Assembly (NCBI GenBank): GCA_965248925.1
Contig: CBDFLE010000005.1
Span: 320,001 to 384,000 of the forward strand
Reading direction: 5' to 3'
Origin: Candidatus Multivoradales bacterium
Lineage (GTDB): Bacteria; Acidobacteriota; Thermoanaerobaculia; Multivoradales; J023
DNA: 64,000 nt
Below the pieces are notes generated by a model, which searched no databases, was not told the DNA's origin, and saw nothing but the letters and a program-made list of their open reading frames with translations. This document shows, piece after piece, positions 41,153-51,097 of the stretch. The translations under genes were made by a program, and so were the position numbers. Position 1 is the first letter of the stretch, and every line of letters starts with the position of its first letter.

Positions 41153-43768
41153 GGCGCCACCGCCTGGGCCGGCGAGACGCCCCCGCACTGGGCCGGCGGC
41201 GGGTCATTTGCGAGCACGGCTTGGATGCTCACGTCAGAGCAGTTGGGCCGGCGGTCCCGCAGTTCGGCAAATGCCGGCTCGGTACCGAAGGTGGTGGCGT
41301 TGCCGAGCAGGCCGATGAGCACCTTCATCATGCCCTTCGAGAGCGCGTCGGAGTGGCCGCGGATCAAACCAGCTTTCTCTTCGATGATCCAGTAGGGCCC
41401 GACACCGCTGCCGGTGAGGCAGTAGGATCTCTCCTCTGACTCCTCCTCGGGCGGCTCGGGCTTGGCGCGAAAGAGGATGTCCGACGGGTCGGGACAACCC
41501 GAGTCCCGAAGCTCCATGTTGACCAGCTCGGGATGGTGGGGCGCGGCGGTGCGCAGGTTGCGCAGTCACTCGCCTTGCGGCAGCTTCAGCTTGGCGAGCT
41601 GGCCGACGGTTTGTCCGAGGGGAAACAGCGTGCGGGTCGCCCAGTCCTTTTTCGACGAGATCGCTACCAAGAGGGGCTTGGCCTTGTTTCCCCATTGACG
41701 TTGCCGGAGATCGCCCAGAGCCTCCAGCGAATCGCGCAGATTCATGGCCCGCAGGGCCGGCGCGGCGGGGTTGACCAACAGGATCAGATCGAAGGGAATA
41801 GGCAGCACGCCGTCGACGTGCTCGATGGCCTGGCGGAACGCTTGGTTGCTCTTTTTCTCGTGCTGATCGATCCTGTCCTCGAGTTCCGAGATGGAACTCT
41901 GGTAGTGAGCAGCCGCGGCTGTGGCTTTGGCGAACTCTGACCGAAGCCCGGCGAGTTCTTCCATGTCGCGTCGGAACTGTTCATTCCGTGACTCGATCTG
42001 CCCGCGTTGTGTTTTCAACGTCCCGATCGTGGTTTGTAGTCTGGCAAGGCGGTTCTGCTTCATTTCGAGCTCTTTCTCCATCCGATCAACAGAGATCTTC
42101 TTGCTCCGCGAGACCACCTGCAGCCGCTTGAGCGGCTTGACCTGGTCCTTGAGTTTTTGTTTGATCTCAGCGCCGAGGGCAGAACTCCGATGTGGTGACG
42201 AGGGGCTGGCGCAGTGGTCGATCTCGGAGCAAGCTTTGGGGTCGGTAGCTTTCGCCAACACCCCTTCAACGTCGTTCTGGCAACCGATGTAGGTAGCGGC
42301 TAGGTTGGCATAGCCCCGGTCCGGATTGCCCGGTCGGGAGGCACAGTCCGGCAGCTCAGTCTTGGAGTCTGCAACCTCGGCATTGACCAGGGCGGACAGC
42401 AGGTTGAACGCCGCGGTTCGGTAGGCTCTGGCTTCTGCCCGCAGACCCTGCCGGCCTTCGAGCGCGGTATTGAGCTTGCGCCTCAGCTCGGGCATCGCCT
42501 TGGTCTGCAAGTTGTCGCGACTACCCTCGGCGACATCTAGCTCCGCCTTGTTCGTGATCAGTTGATCTGCAATCAGCTGGCGTTCCGCCTCTGGCCTGGA
42601 GGTTAGACGGGTCGGGAATTGGATGATGTCCTCAAGCAAGCGTTCGAGTTTACGCTCGTGCTCGTTTGCGGTTTTCTGGCATTTCACCAGCGGATCTTTG
42701 AGCCTTCGAGCCCGGCATTCCTCCTGCTGGCCGAGGGAATGAGCATTCTCGGCTTGGTCGAGTTCGTCGAAGGCATGCGCCGACTGGCCCTTGGTGGCGG
42801 CGATCAGACCTTTGCCGAGGCTCTGCTCGACGATCTTACCGCCGAAGCTGTGGCCGATGGCGGCGATCGAAAGCGGTGAGATTCGGGCCTTGTGATGAGG
42901 GTCGCAATCGAGGGTCGCAATCGAGGGTCGAGGAGGTCACGTCCTGGTTGATCTCGGCTGCGTCATCTCGCTGCTTCTCCAGCTGCCGGGCGACCTCGCA
43001 GGGTACGGTGATCGGGCGGCGGGCTTCGTTGGAGATGGCGTAGATCGTGTCCATGTAGTCGGTGCCGATGCCGCCGATGTTGCTGGCAGTCCGCGAGCGA
43101 CCCCAGAACGAAAGGAAGTTCGGCAGGCCGCCGATCTTTTGCATGAAGCTGTTGTCGCGTCGCACGACCGCTCCTCGCCAGGTCAGAAAGACGCCGACGA
43201 TGTGGGATTTCGTTAGCAGCTTTCGCGCGCGGTCGTAGTGGGTCGCCGGCTGGGTGATGTTCTCTGCGGCGGCGACGTCCTCGGTCATGGTCTTAAGGAA
43301 GATCCGAAATCGCTCTAGATCGGAACGACATTCTGCCGGTTTGTCGATGGTTTCCGGGCGACACTCGATGTTGTTGGCGTAGTGCTTCCAACCGTGGGTG
43401 AAGAACACCAGGGTCAGGTGGTCCTTGGTGGCCGCCGTTCCCATAGAATCGAATTCAGTTTCCAGCTTTTGCTTGACGTCCTGGATCAGCCGCACCGCGT
43501 CGTCGCGCTGGCCGGGATCGCGCAGCTGGCCGTCGCTGTCGAACTCGACGATCGCCAGGTGATAGTCATTGCCGCAGCTCTGCCGTTTCCTACCGAGCCT
43601 TGACTTATGCTTGCTGCAGGTCTCGGGATACTGCAAGCTGGGTTCGGGATCGTGCGAGTACTCGCCGTCCCAGAACACCGGCTTGGAGCCGGTGAAGAAC
43701 GTCCGATCAGTGACGCAACCCCCGCACAGCAGGGCGGTGGTGAGCAAGCACAGGATTTTGTAGCGCAT
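41149..43768 (-). pseudogene. Lipoprotein alpha/beta hydrolase with a long coiled-coil insertion; one frameshift and one nonsense codon
   Basis: Lipobox LCGGC; FFTHGWKH, GVFLTWRG, IGHSFGG, DLILLVNPA, PYWII...GHSD; 13-bp duplication at 42897-42922 and in-frame TGA at 41566-41568. Confidence 0.8.
42897..42930. repeat. 13-bp tandem repeat GAGGGTCGCAATC x2.6
   Basis: Read directly; removing one unit joins ORFs 42836-43795 and 41566-42687 in frame. Confidence 0.92.
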
Positions 43769-43949
43769 TGAGGCTCCCCGCTGGCAAGTGGACAAAGATG
43801 ATCACCGGCCCTGGGGTACCCAGGACGGTGATCCGCTCGGTACAGTACAGCGCAAAGCGGCTCGCCACTCACCCACGCCACCCTCTGTGCCAATGTAAGT
43901 GAGACACTCCCGTACCGATAAATTAGTGAGGGCGTGGAGAGCAAACACC

Positions 43950-44363
43950 ATGGCGAGTCCAAGCCACGAGCTGCGAGATATGAGTGCTGACCGACCAGAT
44001 CCCGAGGTAACTGAGAAGGCGAAGCGGCGGCGGTACAGCGCGTCGTACAAGCTGAGCATCGTCCAGGCCGCCGACGCGTGTAGCAAGCCCGGCGAGATTG
44101 GCGCCCTGCTTCGCCGGGAGGGTCTGTATTCATCTCTACTATCGAATTGGCGCCAACAACGCGATGCCAGTGCTCTGGCCGGTTTGTCGAAGAAGCGCGG
44201 TCGTAAGCGTCGGTCGGTCTCTGCTGAGGCCCGCCGCGTCGCGGAGCTTGAGCGTGAGATTGCCCGGCTCAAGCATCAGCTGTACAAAGCCGAGACGATC
44301 ATCGATGTCCAAAAAAAACTTTCCCGACTGCTAGGGATCGAGCCGAGCGAGAGCCAGTCATGA
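43950..44363 (+). CDS. IS3-family transposase OrfA
   Basis: RRRYSASYK..., GALLRREGLYSS.L.NWR; A8 run in DVQKKL (possible frameshift site). Confidence 0.9.
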   Translation: MASPSHELRDMSADRPDPEVTEKAKRRRYSASYKLSIVQAADACSKPGEIGALLRREGLYSSLLSNWRQQRDASALAGLSKKRGRKRRSVSAEARRVAELEREIARLKHQLYKAETIIDVQKKLSRLLGIEPSESQS

Positions 44364-45481
44364 GCGCTGTGGCGCCGCTGGCATTGACGGTGGGGGTGCA
44401 AGCAGCCTGCGTCGCCTTGGCGGTCCCCAGAGCCACTTTCTATCGCCGCCGTCGGCAGCAGAGCGCAGGGCCGAGACTATTGACGCGGCGTCGACCGCCG
44501 CTGGCATTGACGCCCGCTGAACGCCAGGAGGTCCTCGATGTGTTGCACTCGGAGCGCTTCGTCGACCGCTCGCCGCGTCAAGTCTGGGCGGCGCTGCTGG
44601 ACGAGGACCAGCGCCATATCTGCTCGGTGCGCACCATGTACCGGGTCCTGGAGTCTGAGGGCGAGCTGCGCGAGCGACGCCGTCAGCGGCGTCATCCCAA
44701 CTACACCAAGCCCGAACTGCTGGCCACAGGGCCGAACGAGGTGTGGTCGTGGGACATCACCAAGCTCAAGGGCCCGGTGAAGTGGACCTACTACTACCTT
44801 TACGTAATTCTGGACGTCTTCAGCCGCTACATCGTCGGCTGGATGCTCGCCTCCCGCGAGTCCGGAGGACTCGCGAAGCGGTTGATCGCCGACAGTGTTG
44901 AGAAGCAAGGTGTTGAGCGAGATCGACTTACCTTGCACTCGGACCGCGGTTCGAGCATGACATCCAAGCCAGTGGCTCTACTGCTGGCCGATCTCGGGAT
45001 GACACGGTCGCTGAACCGGCCCTACACGAGCAACGACAATCCGTTCTCTGAGGCCCAGTTCAAGACGCTCAAGTACCATCCGAGCTTTCCCGACCGCTTC
45101 GGATCACTGGAAGATGCACGAGCGTTCTGCCGCTCGTTCCTCGGCTGGTACAACACGCAGCACTACCACACAGGACTCGGTTTGTTGACGCCAGAGACCG
45201 TCCACTACGGCCTCACGGCCTCAGTGCTGGAGCAACGTCGAGAAGTCCTCGCCGCCGCCTCAGCCGCTCATCCGAGCCGCTTCAAGCGGCGAACGCCGGC
45301 TTTGCCGGAGCCCAGTGGCGAGGTCTGGATCAACCCGCCGATCACCACCACCAGCACTGACCCAGCCGATACCGAGAACGAGGTGACACACCGCGTAGAC
45401 GACGACGCACCAGGCGAGACACCTGCCTGCGCGCCCTCGTTGAAAGCGATGGTGCCGGAGCCACTACCGATTCCGTACTAA
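44360..45481 (+). CDS. IS3-family transposase OrfB (integrase core)
   Basis: WSWDIT, LHSDRG, NDNPFSEAQFKTLKY; ATGA overlap with OrfA. Confidence 0.93.
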   Translation: MSAVAPLALTVGVQAACVALAVPRATFYRRRRQQSAGPRLLTRRRPPLALTPAERQEVLDVLHSERFVDRSPRQVWAALLDEDQRHICSVRTMYRVLESEGELRERRRQRRHPNYTKPELLATGPNEVWSWDITKLKGPVKWTYYYLYVILDVFSRYIVGWMLASRESGGLAKRLIADSVEKQGVERDRLTLHSDRGSSMTSKPVALLLADLGMTRSLNRPYTSNDNPFSEAQFKTLKYHPSFPDRFGSLEDARAFCRSFLGWYNTQHYHTGLGLLTPETVHYGLTASVLEQRREVLAAASAAHPSRFKRRTPALPEPSGEVWINPPITTTSTDPADTENEVTHRVDDDAPGETPACAPSLKAMVPEPLPIPY

Positions 45482-45705
45482 TTCCCAGAAGAAAGTGTCT
45501 CATTCTCATTGACACATTCCGCCAGGCGCCCTAGCACCAGTCGCCACAACACGGGCCGCGCAGGTGCACAGGAATCCTTGGATCAGGCGCATCACCTTGC
45601 ACCCGCGGTACTGGTGTCAAGAGTTCGGAAGCGTAGAAGCAGGACTCTACAGAGAATTGGTCGGCGCTGAGAACTCTTGAATTACGCCTTGGTTACGCTT
45701 TCAAT

Positions 45706-45741
45706 TTAGACTTTCAATATAGAAAGTGATAGATTCTAACA
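45706..45741 (+). promoter_or_regulatory. Sigma70-type promoter with palindromic operator; probably leaderless transcript
   Basis: TTAGAC (45706-45711), extended -10 TG-A-TAGATT (45727-45735), ATG at 45742; palindrome ACTTTC-N6-GAAAGT (45710-45727). Confidence 0.55.
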
Positions 45742-46137
45742 ATGGCTGACATCCACCAAGTTCTAGGTGCTCGGCTGCCCGCGGGGACGTTCCAGATTAC
45801 TGTGTTCATCCCGAGCGTAGACCGGGAGTGCCGGCCGATTGGTCAAGAAGTCTGGGCTGAGGAGTGCCTCACGACCCTGGGAACATTATTCCGTGGTGCG
45901 ACAGCCTTTCCCCCAGGGCGGGGAGTGTGGAGGGACGATAGCCAGGGAGGGCGCTTGGTCTTCGACGATACCGTGCTGGTGAACTCGTACGTCAATCCCG
46001 ATGCACTGACCGACGATTCTCTCGCTCTACTGCGGGAATTCCTGCACCGGTTGGGCCGCGAGGCAAACCAAGGCGAGGCGGGTGCCGTGATCGGCGGTAG
46101 CTATTACGGGATTACCGAATTCGACGCTCCCGAGTAG
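45742..46137 (+). CDS. Hypothetical small alpha/beta protein (possibly ferredoxin-like/DUF3574-like fold)
   Basis: Clean 131-aa ORF behind an AT-rich promoter; FRGATAFPPGRGVWRDD. Confidence 0.65.
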   Translation: MADIHQVLGARLPAGTFQITVFIPSVDRECRPIGQEVWAEECLTTLGTLFRGATAFPPGRGVWRDDSQGGRLVFDDTVLVNSYVNPDALTDDSLALLREFLHRLGREANQGEAGAVIGGSYYGITEFDAPE

Positions 46138-46182
46138 AGGACAGCGGTTCCACTTTCAAAGCGAGCACAGGGAGATAAGACG

Positions 46183-46509
46183 ATGGCAGATAAGCTGAGT
46201 ACCTTCGAACAGCGCGTCGCTAGCGCTCTGGGAGCGCAACGCTCGGTACCACTCGATGGGCTACCGAGCCAGGGGCCCTTGGATCTGTTACAGCTTCGTA
46301 CAGAGCTCGGGAGGCGCCTACGTTCGACAGGCGGTCGTCCAACCGATCCCGATTGGTCGCTCCGCCGGGTTATTCCGTTCAAGAAGCTAGGCTGGCAGGA
46401 GCTTGAGCAGCTAGCTGCCCGTTGCAGCGAGGAAGGGCAGACGGTGAGCCCGAGTCAATTGGCGGCTTTGTTGATCGAGCGCGGACTGAAGGCACTCAAG
46501 CAGGCTTAG
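46183..46509 (+). CDS. Hypothetical protein with possible C-terminal ribbon-helix-helix DNA-binding region
   Basis: GGAG RBS; STGGRPTDP..RRVIPF...W.ELEQLA...VSPSQLAALLIERGL. Confidence 0.6.
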   Translation: MADKLSTFEQRVASALGAQRSVPLDGLPSQGPLDLLQLRTELGRRLRSTGGRPTDPDWSLRRVIPFKKLGWQELEQLAARCSEEGQTVSPSQLAALLIERGLKALKQA

Positions 46510-46549
46510 CCTCAGAACTGCGACGCACAAGCTGGCTGCCGAGCGGTGG

Positions 46550-49480
46550 TCAAGAATCGGGCAATCCTGCGCCGGCCGTCAGCGGCAACTTGTACCCCTC
46601 GCGCACCGGTTTAACCGGTCGCATCAGCCAATGAGGTCGCCGGGTGCCGTCGGGCGAGTGCTCGACTGGCGAGCGGGTCTTGGCCAGCCAATTGTCGAAG
46701 GCTTGGCGTGACTTGGCGGTGTCGACGGCGATGTCGCCGTTGGCGTCGTCGGCAGCGGCTTTGACCACCCGGACCGCCTGATGCCAGCAGTGCATGCCGG
46801 AGATCGGGTCGGGTTGGACGGGGAAGGTGAGGTTCTGATGTACCCCCACGTCGGTCCACCAGATGCGTCGGGTGTCGGGGTCTTTGGAATCGTAGGGTCG
46901 GGCACCGTGGTGGCGGCGGATGGCCCATTGGCTGCCCTGATTCTCAAGCCCCACGGTGGCCACCATTTGGTTCTGGCTCTCGCTTCGATGGCCGGCCAAC
47001 TTCCAGCGCCCCATGTGATGGCTGCACGCCACTACCCCCGGGCGGATACCCTCGGTGACCCACGCCTTGAGCACGAAATGGCCGATCTCGGTTTCCACTC
47101 GCACCAGATCGCCGGTCTCTACGCCGACTCTGGCGGCGTGGCGAGGATGTAACCACAGGGGATTAGTGTGGGCGATCTCATCGAGCCACTTGGCGTTGGC
47201 GCTGCGGGTGTGGATCTGCACCGGCAAGCGGAATGTGGAGATCAAGACGTGCTGATCTGGGTCCATGTTGTGCGGGTGTACATGGCTCTTGATGTAAGTC
47301 GGAACGGAGTATTCCTGCCATCCCCATGCGGCCAAAGTGGAGGAGTAGAACTCCAATTTTCCGCTGGGAGTGGGGAAGCCCTGCAATACCTGATCGCCAG
47401 TGCGGACGCCGACCGCGCGGCGGCCCTCGGCGTCACCATCAGGCGCTCCGGTGGGAGCCATGTTGACCACTGGCGGAGCCGCGGCCCGAGTGTAGACGCG
47501 GCCGAATTCATCTTCCGCCAAGTCCTCTAGCTCGGCGTCTGGAACTTCCCGCTCGTAAACCTGGCCAATGTTGCTCTCGATCTGGAAGGCACCGTAGCGG
47601 CGCATGTATTGCAAAGGTGAAAGCCCCTCTGCCGCAGCTTTCTCGGGTAGGCCGGGAATGGAGTTGTCGAAGATCCAGCCGTAATATTCGTCGACACCGA
47701 GTTTCTCCCCTGGCTTCGCCTTGGACTCGACGAAGGAGCGAATGCCGAGGGCGCCGTCCGGGTCGATGCGCCAGGTGAGTTCGATCCAGAACTCATTCTC
47801 CTCCCAAACCTCGCCAGGATTTACTTGCCGGGTGTCGACTATTACTTCGCCACGGCGCTCTGCGGCGGCGCGCAGCACTGGCTGGCGAAAGCCGATCCAT
47901 TGGCCGTCGTGGGTTTCATAGGAGTGAATGTCGTGGCGCTCCGGCGCGTGGCCCATCGGCAGTACGAAGTCGGCGAAGTAGGCGCTTTCGTTCCAGGTAG
48001 GAGTGAGGGCTATGTACTGGCCGACCTTGCTTTCGTCGCTCAGCATCTCGATCCAGGAGAAGCCGTCTGGGTTGGTCCACACCGGGTTGTAGACCCGAGT
48101 GAAGTAGGTGTCGATGTGACCCCGTCCCTCGCGCACTAAGTGGGGGAGAAGGATCGATAGTTCGTACATCGACAGCGAGTACTCGATGGGCCAGTTGAGT
48201 TCATTCCACTTCTTGGGATGGGTCGGCAGATGGATCGGCCGGGCGACGAACTTGTTCCAGGCGTTGGGATAAGTGCCACCAGGGGTAGCTACCGCGCCGA
48301 GTAGGCAGTTTAGCATGAATAGGGTGCGAGCGACCTGCCAGCCGCCTTCGTTGCCGGCCGCCGCGCTGCGCCAATTGTGGCTGGCGAAGCGGGTGCCGCC
48401 AGTCGCCACCACCCGCGCGATCTCGGCCAGGGTCTGGGCATCGATGCCCGACTCGGCGGCGGCGAAATCGAAAGTGTAGTCCTCGTATTCCGCTTCGAGC
48501 ATGCGCTCAAAGTTCTCGAACGTAACCTCGAGACCAGGATGCACTTGCTTCAGGTACTGCTGCCAATTCCACCAACGCTCGACAAAGGTGCGGTTGTAAA
48601 GTCGCCGACGAATCAAATAGCTGGCGATCGCCAGGTGAATCGCCGCTTCCGAGCCAGGCTGCGGCGCCAGCCAGTAGTCGGCGTGGGTGGCGGTGTTCGA
48701 CAGCCGAGTGTCGAGCACGATCAGTTTGGCGCCGTTCTTCTTGGCTTCGACGATGCGCTGAGCGTGGGGATTGAAGTAGTGCCCGGTTTCGAGGTGCGAG
48801 CTGACCAGGAAGATCACTTTGGCGCGGGCATAGTCCGGGCTCGGCCGGTCGATACCGGACCAGAACTGATAGCCCGCACGGGCGCCTGAGGAGCAAATAT
48901 TGGTGTGAGAGTTGTGGCCGTCGACCCCCCAAGCGGCTAGCAACCGCTCGGTGAACCCGTCCTCACCCGGCCGGCCGACGTGGTACATGATCTCGTTGCG
49001 GCGGTCTTCTTGCATCGCCTTACGGATGCGCCCGGCGATGGTGTCCAGAGCCTCGTCCCAACTTACCCGCTGCCATTTGCCCTCGCCGCGCTCGCCGACT
49101 CGCTTGAGGGGGTAAAGGATGCGGTCCGGGTCCGTAGTCTGGTTGATCGTTGCCGGACCCTTGGCGCAGTTGCGGCCCCGCGAACCAGGATGTTCCGGGT
49201 TGCCCTCGAACTTGCGCACCTCGCCGCTGTCCTGATCGACATAGGCGAGCAAGCCGCAAGCAGATTCACAATTGAAGCAAGTAGTCGGCACCAGGCTGTA
49301 GCGCTTTTCCACCCGCTTGGGCCAAGCGCGCGAGTCCAATTCGACCCAATCGTCCCAGCGTTCTTTGGGCGGAAACGAGGCCAGATGAATCCGGCTGGGG
49401 CCGGGATAGAAGGTTTCGCCACGGGCTTCGGTGGCGGTTCGCGCGGCGCTGACTCGGTCGTTGAGCTTTTTCAGGTTCAT
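46550..49480 (-). CDS. Molybdopterin oxidoreductase catalytic subunit (DMSO reductase family, Psr/Soe/Sre-like), no Tat signal
   Basis: TTCFNCESACG..CAKG [4Fe-4S] motif, SHTNICSS probable Mo-Cys ligand, C-terminal MGD-binding QIHTRS...LWLHP; probable start MNLKKL. Confidence 0.92.
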   Translation of the reverse strand: MNLKKLNDRVSAARTATEARGETFYPGPSRIHLASFPPKERWDDWVELDSRAWPKRVEKRYSLVPTTCFNCESACGLLAYVDQDSGEVRKFEGNPEHPGSRGRNCAKGPATINQTTDPDRILYPLKRVGERGEGKWQRVSWDEALDTIAGRIRKAMQEDRRNEIMYHVGRPGEDGFTERLLAAWGVDGHNSHTNICSSGARAGYQFWSGIDRPSPDYARAKVIFLVSSHLETGHYFNPHAQRIVEAKKNGAKLIVLDTRLSNTATHADYWLAPQPGSEAAIHLAIASYLIRRRLYNRTFVERWWNWQQYLKQVHPGLEVTFENFERMLEAEYEDYTFDFAAAESGIDAQTLAEIARVVATGGTRFASHNWRSAAAGNEGGWQVARTLFMLNCLLGAVATPGGTYPNAWNKFVARPIHLPTHPKKWNELNWPIEYSLSMYELSILLPHLVREGRGHIDTYFTRVYNPVWTNPDGFSWIEMLSDESKVGQYIALTPTWNESAYFADFVLPMGHAPERHDIHSYETHDGQWIGFRQPVLRAAAERRGEVIVDTRQVNPGEVWEENEFWIELTWRIDPDGALGIRSFVESKAKPGEKLGVDEYYGWIFDNSIPGLPEKAAAEGLSPLQYMRRYGAFQIESNIGQVYEREVPDAELEDLAEDEFGRVYTRAAAPPVVNMAPTGAPDGDAEGRRAVGVRTGDQVLQGFPTPSGKLEFYSSTLAAWGWQEYSVPTYIKSHVHPHNMDPDQHVLISTFRLPVQIHTRSANAKWLDEIAHTNPLWLHPRHAARVGVETGDLVRVETEIGHFVLKAWVTEGIRPGVVACSHHMGRWKLAGHRSESQNQMVATVGLENQGSQWAIRRHHGARPYDSKDPDTRRIWWTDVGVHQNLTFPVQPDPISGMHCWHQAVRVVKAAADDANGDIAVDTAKSRQAFDNWLAKTRSPVEHSPDGTRRPHWLMRPVKPVREGYKLPLTAGAGLPDS

Positions 49481-49517
49481 CGATGATCCCGTGGCGTTTT
49501 TCAAGCCGTGGTGCCCC

Positions 49518-51074
49518 TCAAGCCAGCGGCACTGCTTGGCCGGCCTGAACGTAGGCATGCTCGAAGGCGAACAGGCCGAGCAGAGCAGCAAAGGCACTCG
49601 GTATCGGCCCGATCCACGGCGCAGCAACCGCCACAACGGTCAACGCCATGCCGATGCCAAAGAAGTTCTTGAAGCGGCCGGCGATCATCTCATGAGTGGC
49701 CAGCTGAGCGTGGGCGGTGCCGTGGACCAGGGTCACTTCTCCGAGCACCATTAGTAGGTGCACGGCGCTGGCTCCGGCAACTGTCAGCAGCAGGGGCCGC
49801 ACGGCTGCTAGCTCCAGCCATGCCGCCACCGGCAACAGGGCGGCGGCACCGGCGAGCAGTGCTTGCACCAGCAGGTGAGGTGGTAAGAGAGGGTTCTGCC
49901 ACAGATCCCGCGCTTTGGCCTGGGCGAAGAGATAGGCGGTGTAAATCGAGGTCAGCACCGCCAGCGGCAGGCCGACCCAAGCAAGCTGGTTCAGCAGGCC
50001 GCCAAAATCTTGCCAGCTGGCAAGGGCATGCAGGCTCAGCACCGCGCCATAGCCGGTGATGATGTAAGCGCCCTTGACCAACCAACTCTGCCAGTTGCCG
50101 CGGGTGAAGATCATGTAGAAGCGCTCGGGGTGTTCGAGGTCCCACAGCAGCAGACCGCCGGTGAGCCCCAAGAACACGAGGGCGACGACCGGTGCAACGC
50201 AGGTCCAGAGGGTGCTTTCCGGGCTGACAAAGCCGCCAAGCAGCAGCAGCAGCGGCACCAAGTAGGCGCCGGCGGCGACCCCCTTGGTCAGGGTGTAAAG
50301 GCTGACCCGCCAATCCCAGGGTGCTTGGTGCGGCACGTCGTAGGACAACACCGCGGCGACGGAGGAGTTGTTGGACAGCGGTTGCCCAGCGCCGCCTGGA
50401 TGTCCGGAGACGACGCTTGAGCCACCCTGCTTTTGCTCGCTCCACATAAACATGCCGCCACTCGGACGGCGCGCCGCCAGCGGATCGAGAGTCGCCTGGT
50501 GCGCACCGCGGTAGAACAGCTTGGGCCGGGTTTCCTTCTCCGGTCGCCGCACCGCCACCGGTTCGCGGTGAACCTGCCGCGCCACCTTGGAGGTTGGATC
50601 GTTGAGATCCCCCACCAGAATGGCCTCGGTGGGACAGACCACCACGCAAGCCGGTTCCAAGCCGACATCGAGGCGGTGAGCGCAGAAATTGCATTTCTCG
50701 GCCGAGTGATCCTCGGGATTGATGAAGATAGCGTCGTAGGGACAGGCCGCCATGCATGCTTTGCAGCCGAAGCAGGCCGACTTGTCGAAATCAACAATGC
50801 CATCGTCTCGCCGGTACATCGCTCGGGTCGGGCAGGCAATCGTACAAGGCGAGTCTTCGCATTGGTTGCAGCGAGTGACCTGAAAGGCCCGCCGCGCCTG
50901 TGGAAAGGTGCCTACATCGACGTATTTGACATAGGTCCGGTGGACGCCGAGGGGAACGTCATTCTCTGACTTGCAGGCTGTCGAGCAGGCGTGACACCCG
51001 ATGCATTGGGTGTGATCGATCAGCTTCGCCCACTTGACCGGCAAGGCAGCTGGTTGAGCCGCGTCAAGGGGCAT
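49518..51074 (-). CDS. Fused four-cluster Fe-S subunit and NrfD/PsrC membrane anchor
   Basis: CIGCHACSTAC, CNQCEDSPCTIACP, CFGCKACMAACP, KCNFC..CVVVCP; then PWDWRVSLY, DLEHPERF, SWLVKG, YTAYLF..AKARDLW and several TM helices. Confidence 0.92.
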   Translation of the reverse strand: MPLDAAQPAALPVKWAKLIDHTQCIGCHACSTACKSENDVPLGVHRTYVKYVDVGTFPQARRAFQVTRCNQCEDSPCTIACPTRAMYRRDDGIVDFDKSACFGCKACMAACPYDAIFINPEDHSAEKCNFCAHRLDVGLEPACVVVCPTEAILVGDLNDPTSKVARQVHREPVAVRRPEKETRPKLFYRGAHQATLDPLAARRPSGGMFMWSEQKQGGSSVVSGHPGGAGQPLSNNSSVAAVLSYDVPHQAPWDWRVSLYTLTKGVAAGAYLVPLLLLLGGFVSPESTLWTCVAPVVALVFLGLTGGLLLWDLEHPERFYMIFTRGNWQSWLVKGAYIITGYGAVLSLHALASWQDFGGLLNQLAWVGLPLAVLTSIYTAYLFAQAKARDLWQNPLLPPHLLVQALLAGAAALLPVAAWLELAAVRPLLLTVAGASAVHLLMVLGEVTLVHGTAHAQLATHEMIAGRFKNFFGIGMALTVVAVAAPWIGPIPSAFAALLGLFAFEHAYVQAGQAVPLA

Positions 51075-51097
51075 CGGCGACTCATTCTGCGGCACGC

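Larger units (their letters stand above)
43886..45516 (+). mobile_element. IS3-family insertion sequence
   Basis: IR 43886-43908 TGTGCCAATGTAAGTGAGACACT vs reverse complement of 45494-45516 TGTGTCAATGAGAATGAGACACT (19/23); no clear target duplication. Confidence 0.88.

Noticed and set aside
41566-41568. In-frame TGA as possible selenocysteine
   Set aside because: Not at a plausible catalytic Cys position, no convincing SECIS-like hairpin seen downstream, and the same gene also has a frameshift; a nonsense mutation is simpler.
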